This document shows, piece by piece, positions 57,999 through 64,000 of a DNA stretch of 64,000 bases. Within the stretch, counting starts at the first letter, position 1; every line of letters begins with the position of its first letter. The notes beneath the pieces are model-generated. The model did not search any database, was not told where the DNA came from, and was given only the letters and a program-made list of their open reading frames with translations. Source of the stretch: Pseudomonadota bacterium (lineage in GTDB: Bacteria; Pseudomonadota; Gammaproteobacteria; Arenicellales; Poriferihabitantaceae); NCBI GenBank assembly GCA_039029455.1, contig JBCCGE010000003.1, positions 20,542-84,541 on the forward strand, in the 5' to 3' direction. The position numbers and the translations under genes were made by a program.

Positions 57999-58165
57999 TG
58001 TTCACACCGAATTGTAGTTGTGTTGATGCGCTGACTTTCGCAGTCTCAAGGTTTGATTCCCGTGATTCCTGTCACAACAACGGTAGGAAATCCGTTAAAA
58101 ATTCGTCAAAATCACTGATCGATAACCATAAAATATCAATTAATAGTCGGTTACTCTGGCGCGGC

Positions 58166-60112
58166 ATGGCGATTTTTAAACTGCTTGGAGGATTTGAACT
58201 TGTCGACCCACCGGTCGAAGGGTTCCGTATGCCCAGCAAAAAGTCCGAAGCAATGATGAGTTACTTGCTATTACAGAAGGGAAAGTCACAGCTGCGATCT
58301 GAAATTGCTTCCTTGCTTTGGAGCCGCAGCGCACAGGAACAGGCTTTCGGGTCTCTCAGACAGGAATGCCTGAAACTCAAGAAACATCTCGCCATTCTGG
58401 ATTTGTCGCTGGAGATTGATAATCGCCAGATCTGTCTGTCGTTGGACGGAGTTGAGGTCGATGTCATTCGATTCGAGACCCTCCTTGCCGACGGTGATAT
58501 GGTATCTGCGGCTGAAGCTTTCGCGTTGTACAGGGGTGAGTTCCTCAAGGGTCGACCCACGCCCGATCCGGTATACACAGAGTGGTTTAATCGTCAGAGA
58601 GAGCGGATTGACCAACTGGCGATTGCCGGATTTCAACCCTATGCGGAGCATCTGGTTGATAGCAGTGAGCCGATAAAAGCCGAGCAGGTCGCGCGAGTGA
58701 TGGCTGCGATTGATCCGTTCAGTGAACGTCCGGTCTACTGGTTAATGCGGGCTCTGGCCGATCAGTCGAATTCGGGATCGGCTGCTGACCACTATCGAAA
58801 GTATGTCGATCGCATGCAATCGGATTTTGGTCTGTCTCCGGGGCGGGAGCTGACTGATCTTTACGAAGCAATCAGCGGAAAAAAATCAGCAGGGTCACGT
58901 TCCGACTCGTCTGTGTCCGGGAATCAGCACCTGCCCAAAATAGCCGTAATGCCATTTGGATTCAGCGGGGATGGTTCCGCAGGCGATGTGCTCGCCGATG
59001 GCCTGTCAAGGGACCTGACCACTGCACTGGGTCGTTTCAGGAACTTTGTAGTCATGGCGGCAAACTCCAGTCAGCAATTTAAGATGAGACAGGCGTCACG
59101 AGAGTCTTTGTGGGAGGATTTTGGAATTCGGTACATCGTCGAAGGCAATATTCAGGCTGCCGGCAACCGAATCCGAGTGACCGTTGAGTTGATCGATGCA
59201 CGAGAAGGCGTGCAGTTGTGGAGCGAACAGTATGATCGCGACGGAAAGGAAATTTTCGGACTTCAGGATGCTATTGCGTATACCGTTGTAAACAGTATTG
59301 ATCGACGTATTCTGCAGCTTGCCCACTACATTATTTCCCGAAATCCGACCCGGGCAATGGGTGCATACGAAATGATGGTCGAAGCCAGGCTGCGTCTTGA
59401 AGCAACCAGTCAGGCCGACATCAAGAAGTCAATAGAGCTGTGTAAGGCGGCGATTGAACTGGATGATCAATACAGTCAGGTTTACGCGCTGTTATCGTTC
59501 GCCCAGATTGCTTTCGCGCAAAATGGCTGGACCTCCGATCCGGTAGGGATGTTTAAAGATGCGCAGCAGAACAGCATTCGTGCGGTAAACCTTGATGCAC
59601 GCAACCATATTGCACACATTGCGCTTGGAATGACCAGCCTGTTTCTACACGATCATGCCCGGGCCAGAAGCAGTCTACAAAGAGCGGTGGATCTGAATCC
59701 GGGAAGTGCCGATGGAAAGGCGTTCTATGCGCTGATTCTCTGCTATTGCGGAAAATCTGAGCAGGCACTGGAGGTGATGGAGGATGCGATGAATGCAAAC
59801 CCTTTGCACCCAAACTGGTACAAACAGTTTGCGGCAAGGATCCACTATGTGAATGAGGATTACAACGGGACTCTGGCCCAGCTGGAAGCGCTTGATGCCC
59901 TCTCGCCGGACTACACCACCGGATTATCTTTAAAGGCAGTGGCGCTGGCTGCGCTCGGTCGAAAGCCGGAAGCCGCCGAGCAGGTTCGGCTGATTCAGAA
60001 AAGCAGTCCGGGTTTTAATCTGAAAACTGCGGCTGTCTCGGCCCCCTATCAGTCGACCTCGGACCTTGAGCGTTACCTGAATCAGTTACGAAGCGCCGGT
60101 CTGCCCGCGTAG
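58166..60112 (+). CDS. BTAD/SARP-type transcriptional regulator with TolB-N-like middle domain and C-terminal TPR repeats
   Basis: FKLLGGFELV plus wHTH and BTAD region (YRGEFLKG). PKIAVMPFGFSG..YIVEGNIQAAGNRIRVTVELIDA is a TolB-N-like module. TPR repeats run to the end. Confidence 0.8.
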   Translation: MAIFKLLGGFELVDPPVEGFRMPSKKSEAMMSYLLLQKGKSQLRSEIASLLWSRSAQEQAFGSLRQECLKLKKHLAILDLSLEIDNRQICLSLDGVEVDVIRFETLLADGDMVSAAEAFALYRGEFLKGRPTPDPVYTEWFNRQRERIDQLAIAGFQPYAEHLVDSSEPIKAEQVARVMAAIDPFSERPVYWLMRALADQSNSGSAADHYRKYVDRMQSDFGLSPGRELTDLYEAISGKKSAGSRSDSSVSGNQHLPKIAVMPFGFSGDGSAGDVLADGLSRDLTTALGRFRNFVVMAANSSQQFKMRQASRESLWEDFGIRYIVEGNIQAAGNRIRVTVELIDAREGVQLWSEQYDRDGKEIFGLQDAIAYTVVNSIDRRILQLAHYIISRNPTRAMGAYEMMVEARLRLEATSQADIKKSIELCKAAIELDDQYSQVYALLSFAQIAFAQNGWTSDPVGMFKDAQQNSIRAVNLDARNHIAHIALGMTSLFLHDHARARSSLQRAVDLNPGSADGKAFYALILCYCGKSEQALEVMEDAMNANPLHPNWYKQFAARIHYVNEDYNGTLAQLEALDALSPDYTTGLSLKAVALAALGRKPEAAEQVRLIQKSSPGFNLKTAAVSAPYQSTSDLERYLNQLRSAGLPA

Positions 60113-60165
60113 GCAGTTTCGTTGAAGTGTCAGCGGCGATGAATCCGCAAAGGAGTGTGATTGGT

Positions 60166-61350
60166 CTAATCCCGACGCAGAGATTCGTCAACTGCAATGG
60201 GCGTCGGGTACTTCATTACAATCCAGTAGGTGGAGATCACGAAACTGAGGATGGTCGCGAATTGAACAAGGTACACGGCATCAGTACTTGCGAACTGATT
60301 TTGCACGGCAACAAAAACAATCAGCAAAGAAAACTCACTCATTTGTCCCAGTCTCACCCCGGTCTCCCAACCCAGCTTGTTGCTCTCTGATTGCCTGACC
60401 AGCAGGAACCGGAACACGACCGGCTTGATAGCCAGTAAACCAACGCCAATAAGCAGGGCGGGCAGCCATATCTGACTCAGGGCTGAAGGATCGATTCCTG
60501 CGCCAAGTGCGAAGAAAAACAATACCAGAAAGAAATCTCGCAATGGTTTAAGGCTTTCGGCGATGTGCAGTGAGATCGGGCTACTGGCCAGAACGATGCC
60601 TGCGATAAATGCACCCGATTCGTGAGACAGTCCGACGGTATGGGCCAGCTGAGCAATGCCAAGACACCAGCCGATGGCCAAAAGAAAAACATATTCCTGG
60701 ATACGATCAAACCGAACTAACAGTGGCAACAGGATATAACGTTGACCCGCCCAGGCCAGTGCAATGACAACCGGAAGCGCAAGAATTTTCAGGCCGGCAT
60801 CGATCAGGGGCAGCTCTCCGCCGCCCTGTATCAGTAGCATGGCCAATATTGCAAGCAGGTCCTGAAGTAGCAGGACAGAGATAATGACTTCGCCGGTATG
60901 ACGGTGATGCAGTACTGTGGTTGGCAGAAGTTTCAGCCCGATTATTGTGCTCGAAAACGCCGCGCAGATTCCGATCAGTGTGAGATCATTGCCGCGAAAC
61001 CCGAATGCAGACGCTACGCCAATCGCAAAACCGGCGAATATGAGCGTCGAAAACAATGTCACCAGCGTTGTTGCTTTCAGCAGCTGCAGCAGCTTTGCCG
61101 GTATCAGATTGAGGCCCAGCAGAAAAAGCAGAAAAATTATTCCAATGCGAGCCATTTCCTGAATCAGTTCGGCATCGCTGACCAACCCGGTAACCCACGG
61201 TCCCAGCACTACACCCAGTGCAAGATAAGCGACCAGCATGGCCTGCCGAAGATACAGTGCAACGGTCGCAAATACGGCCGCACCGGCAAAAATCAGAACG
61301 ATTGAAAAAACGATAGATTGGTCATGCATAAGGGTGCAATCGCCTGTCAA
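60166..61350 (-). CDS. Cation:proton antiporter (CPA2/Kef-type membrane domain only)
   Basis: 394 aa, about 12 TM, with LALGVVLGPWVTGLVSD and IIFLLFLLGLNLIP. No C-terminal KTN/RCK domain. Confidence 0.85.
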   Translation of the reverse strand: MTGDCTLMHDQSIVFSIVLIFAGAAVFATVALYLRQAMLVAYLALGVVLGPWVTGLVSDAELIQEMARIGIIFLLFLLGLNLIPAKLLQLLKATTLVTLFSTLIFAGFAIGVASAFGFRGNDLTLIGICAAFSSTIIGLKLLPTTVLHHRHTGEVIISVLLLQDLLAILAMLLIQGGGELPLIDAGLKILALPVVIALAWAGQRYILLPLLVRFDRIQEYVFLLAIGWCLGIAQLAHTVGLSHESGAFIAGIVLASSPISLHIAESLKPLRDFFLVLFFFALGAGIDPSALSQIWLPALLIGVGLLAIKPVVFRFLLVRQSESNKLGWETGVRLGQMSEFSLLIVFVAVQNQFASTDAVYLVQFATILSFVISTYWIVMKYPTPIAVDESLRRD

Positions 61351-61409
61351 ACAGAGAGAGGTCGCAATACAATATCAGCTTACCCCATCGGTTGCAGAAC
61401 TGATCACGA

Positions 61410-61901
61410 ATGAATAAAAAAACAACACTGACTCACTTTAATGAGCACGGCGAGGCGCATATGGTGGACGTTAGCGGCAAGCCGATCTCGCAGCGTTCGG
61501 CGGTTGCCGAAGGCACTATTGTTATGAATGCCGATACCCTGTTGATGGTTCGACAAGGTGGGCACAAGAAAGGAGATGTGTTAGCGATTGCGCGAGTTGC
61601 GGCCATTATGGCGGCGAAGAAAACAGCCGAAATTGTGCCGCTTTGCCATCCTCTGATGCTTACTAAAATAACTGTGGATTTTGAAGTCATCGAAACCGAG
61701 ACCTCGATTCGCTGCCGAGCGTTGGCTGCAACTTTGGAAAGAACGGGCGTGGAAATGGAAGCACTGTTTGCGGTTCAGACCGCATTGCTGACGATCTACG
61801 ATATGTGCAAAGCTGTTGACCGTGGCATGGAGATTACAGGGGTTCGATTGCTTCACAAAAGTGGCGGCCAATCGGGCGAATGGAACCGAGAGGATACCTG
61901 A
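61410..61901 (+). CDS. moaC: Cyclic pyranopterin monophosphate synthase MoaC
   Basis: [17 protein letters not shown] and TGVEMEAL. Confidence 0.9.
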   Translation: MNKKTTLTHFNEHGEAHMVDVSGKPISQRSAVAEGTIVMNADTLLMVRQGGHKKGDVLAIARVAAIMAAKKTAEIVPLCHPLMLTKITVDFEVIETETSIRCRALAATLERTGVEMEALFAVQTALLTIYDMCKAVDRGMEITGVRLLHKSGGQSGEWNREDT

Positions 61902-61909
61902 CAGAACCG

Positions 61910-63166
61910 ATGAAAAACTCAGTACCCCCAGAGCTATGCGACGTGGATCCTCTGCAGATTCATGCAGAAACAGCGCTGCAGAAAATCAGGCAGTCCGTGG
62001 AGCCGATAGTACAGGTCGAATCCGTTGCGATTCGGGATTGTCTGGGTCGGGTGCTGGCGTCACCGGTGACTTCCGCTGTCGATGTGCCCAACCATACCAA
62101 TTCGGCGATGGATGGCTATGCGTTTAAGGGTGCTGGCGGTGATCAAGTTGGCAAACCAATGATGCGCGTCGTCGGTGAATCACTGGCTGGTGCGCCCTAT
62201 CGCGGCTCTGTTGGCGGTAATGAATGCGTACGCATAATGACAGGTGCTGTAATGCCGGTCGGGACCGACACCGTTGTTCCACAGGAGCAGACTGAGCGCG
62301 ACGGAGACCGGGTCTCGATCAATGCGGCGCTTCGGGTGGGAGAGAACGTCAGGTATGCCGGCGAAGATATGAAGGCAGGGGATACAGTCATACGCGCCGG
62401 AACGCGCCTGGGCTCAGCACATATTGGCGTGGCGGCTTCTCTCGGACTCACGGAGTTGTCAGTGTTTCGCAAACCGAGAGTCGCATTTTTCTCAAACGGT
62501 GACGAACTTAGATCGATCGGAGAGTCGCTCGAGGAAGGTGATGTCTATGATTCCAACCGATATACCCTTTACAGCATGCTTAAGGAAGCCGATGCAGACA
62601 TTATTGATCTTGGAATTGTTCGTGATGATCCCGCAGCTATCGGCGAAGCACTGGTTCGGGCATCAGATTGTGCGGACATGATCATTACATCTGCCGGTGC
62701 ATCGGTTGGCGACGCTGATTATGTGAGACAACTTCTTGGCGAGCTTGGAGACGTAAGCTTCTGGAAAGTGGCGATAAAGCCGGGTCGTCCCCTGTCCTTT
62801 GGAAAAATCAGAAACAGACTTTTTTTTGGTTTGCCAGGAAATCCGGTATCGGTCATGGTGACGTTTCAATTGTTCGTCAAATCTGCCCTGAAAATACTTT
62901 CCGGTGAGTCCGATTCGTTTCAGCTTAAACTGTCTGTCAGGTGTATGAGTACACTGCGCAAGCGACCCGGAAGAGCGGAATACCAGCGGGGCATTCTCTC
63001 AGTGGACGAAAATGGCGAAACGGTTGTGCATTCAACCGGTCAGCAGGGATCGGGAATACTGAGTTCAATGGCCGTAGCCAACTGCTACATTATGCTGGAT
63101 ACGGACGCACAGGGCGCCGAGCCCGGTGACATGGTATTTGTTCAGCCGTTTAAAGAAATCCTGTAA
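61910..63166 (+). CDS. moeA: Molybdopterin molybdenumtransferase MoeA
   Basis: Start taken at ATG 61910 (MKNSVPPE..), 8 nt after the moaC stop. Motifs NSAMDGYAF, GEDMKAGD and GLPGNPVS. Confidence 0.9.
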   Translation: MKNSVPPELCDVDPLQIHAETALQKIRQSVEPIVQVESVAIRDCLGRVLASPVTSAVDVPNHTNSAMDGYAFKGAGGDQVGKPMMRVVGESLAGAPYRGSVGGNECVRIMTGAVMPVGTDTVVPQEQTERDGDRVSINAALRVGENVRYAGEDMKAGDTVIRAGTRLGSAHIGVAASLGLTELSVFRKPRVAFFSNGDELRSIGESLEEGDVYDSNRYTLYSMLKEADADIIDLGIVRDDPAAIGEALVRASDCADMIITSAGASVGDADYVRQLLGELGDVSFWKVAIKPGRPLSFGKIRNRLFFGLPGNPVSVMVTFQLFVKSALKILSGESDSFQLKLSVRCMSTLRKRPGRAEYQRGILSVDENGETVVHSTGQQGSGILSSMAVANCYIMLDTDAQGAEPGDMVFVQPFKEIL

Positions 63167-63267
63167 TACCTCAAGCTAAACCGGAGTGGACCCGAAACCG
63201 CTTTTCGGTCCCCGGTTCGAGGTGGCGTGCCTGATCGGGTACACGGTCGGGGTGTCACGCCAATTAC

Positions 63268-63750
63268 TTATTCCGTTATGACACGCTCTTCGACCTGAGC
63301 TTCGCCGCCTTCGCTGTCTCCCAGCTTGTCTGCGGCGAAGTCGACCGCATTTTTAGTGACTTCTTTTGTTTTTTCCCAGGCTTTGGATGCCGCAGATCCG
63401 GTCGCTTCAGCGGCTTTGGAAGCGCCTTGCTTGGTTGCGTCCCAGGCTTTTGACGATTTTTCGCTCACATAATCCGCACCTTTGGCGACACCTACCTTAC
63501 TGGCATCAAGAATTTCAGCACCTTTTTGATTTGCAGCCTGTCCGGTTTTTACAACGGTTTTCTTTGTGCTGTCCCAGGCCTGAGATGCGTCTTCTTTGAT
63601 CGAGGTTTCGGGTTGCCCGGTTTCAATTTCCTCGACCACAACTTCGCTGCCGTTTTCACTGTGACTTTCAGCGAAGGCCATGGCCGATATCGAAAGACTC
63701 ATCAAACAAACGCAGGCGATGAGGAGTGGGCGATGTAACAGATTAGTCAT
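63268..63750 (-). CDS. Secreted repeat protein (three KAW[DE]xTK repeats)
   Basis: Start at ATG 63750: MTNLLHRPLLIACVCLMSLSISAMAFA (signal peptide). Repeats are SQAWDSTKK, SKAWDATKQ and SKAWEKTKE within a Lys/Ala/Glu-rich sequence. Confidence 0.6.
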   Translation of the reverse strand: MTNLLHRPLLIACVCLMSLSISAMAFAESHSENGSEVVVEEIETGQPETSIKEDASQAWDSTKKTVVKTGQAANQKGAEILDASKVGVAKGADYVSEKSSKAWDATKQGASKAAEATGSAASKAWEKTKEVTKNAVDFAADKLGDSEGGEAQVEERVITE

Positions 63751-63848
63751 GTTGAAATATTTGTCTGAAAATACGGTGGCTTTACGGGACGAATGCAAAG
63801 TAACATGAAGCGGTGAACGTCTAATGAATATTTGCTGAATTTTTAGTC

Positions 63849-64000
63849 ATGTCGAACGAATTAAAACCGGTGGCTATCGTGACAGGTGCCAGCCGGGGTA
63901 TTGGTGCTGCAACCGCGATGCGACTCGCAGCAGAAGGGTACGCGGTTCTCGTAAACTATGTTCGGCGGTCCGATCAGGCAGAGGATGTGTGTCGACAGAT
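63849..64000 (+). CDS. Short-chain dehydrogenase/reductase (SDR), N-terminal fragment; continues beyond the right edge
   Basis: Own translation from ATG 63849: MSNELKPVAIVTGASRGIGAATAMRLAAEGYAVLVNY, carrying the classical TGxxxGIG motif. Not in the track because the frame is open at the edge. Confidence 0.85.
   Translation, partial: MSNELKPVAIVTGASRGIGAATAMRLAAEGYAVLVNYVRRSDQAEDVCRQ

Noticed and set aside
61351-61409. Possible Moco riboswitch upstream of moaC
   Set aside because: Only 59 nt are available between the antiporter start and the moaC ATG, too short for the ~130-nt Moco RNA motif. No conserved elements were seen.
1-64000. Search by eye for CRISPR arrays, IS elements, integrases, phage genes, toxin-antitoxin pairs, rRNA and tRNA
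   Set aside because: Nothing was found. The only tandem repeat seen is the 13-bp duplication at 57711-57736. No spaced direct repeats and no transposase or integrase motifs appear in any ORF.

Overview
This 64-kb segment looks chromosomal and carries about 64 protein-coding genes on both strands. Gene content fits a Gram-negative, probably marine, proteobacterium: a TonB-dependent receptor, a sigma32-type promoter, and LysR, AraC and Crp regulators. I recognised no rRNA, tRNA, CRISPR array, transposase or integrase. The window is rich in small-molecule exporters (3 LysE/RhtB, 3 DMT/EamA, 2-3 MFS) and in stress or detoxification enzymes (VOC, DJ-1/PfpI, quinone reductase, nitronate monooxygenase, MsrB, Hsp20). 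It also holds housekeeping genes: amt, cca, trhO, moaC and moeA. The amt gene at the left edge is missing from the ORF track because its frame runs off the window. The candidates most worth follow-up are: (1) An 811-aa polytopic membrane protein (42846-45281) whose soluble N- and C-terminal parts together look like one lipase-type alpha/beta-hydrolase split by about 12 membrane helices. It sits upstream of a crotonase and an ADP-forming acyl-CoA synthetase on the same strand. (2) A fused double adenylate kinase immediately upstream of a PPK2 polyphosphate kinase (27269-29593). (3) Two proteins sharing an unusual N-terminal module (RR-type signal followed by HWSxPxVxSxxLPAHAxSTPT). One is intact and paired with a Pol-beta nucleotidyltransferase in an A/T-rich patch. 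The other is a same-length frame interrupted only by in-frame stops. (4) A CTP-synthase-C-terminal-like amidotransferase with Gln in place of the triad His, translationally coupled to a LysE exporter. (5) A solitary bacterial dynamin-like protein. All functional calls come from reading motifs by eye. No database search was possible, so family names should be confirmed by HMM or BLAST.
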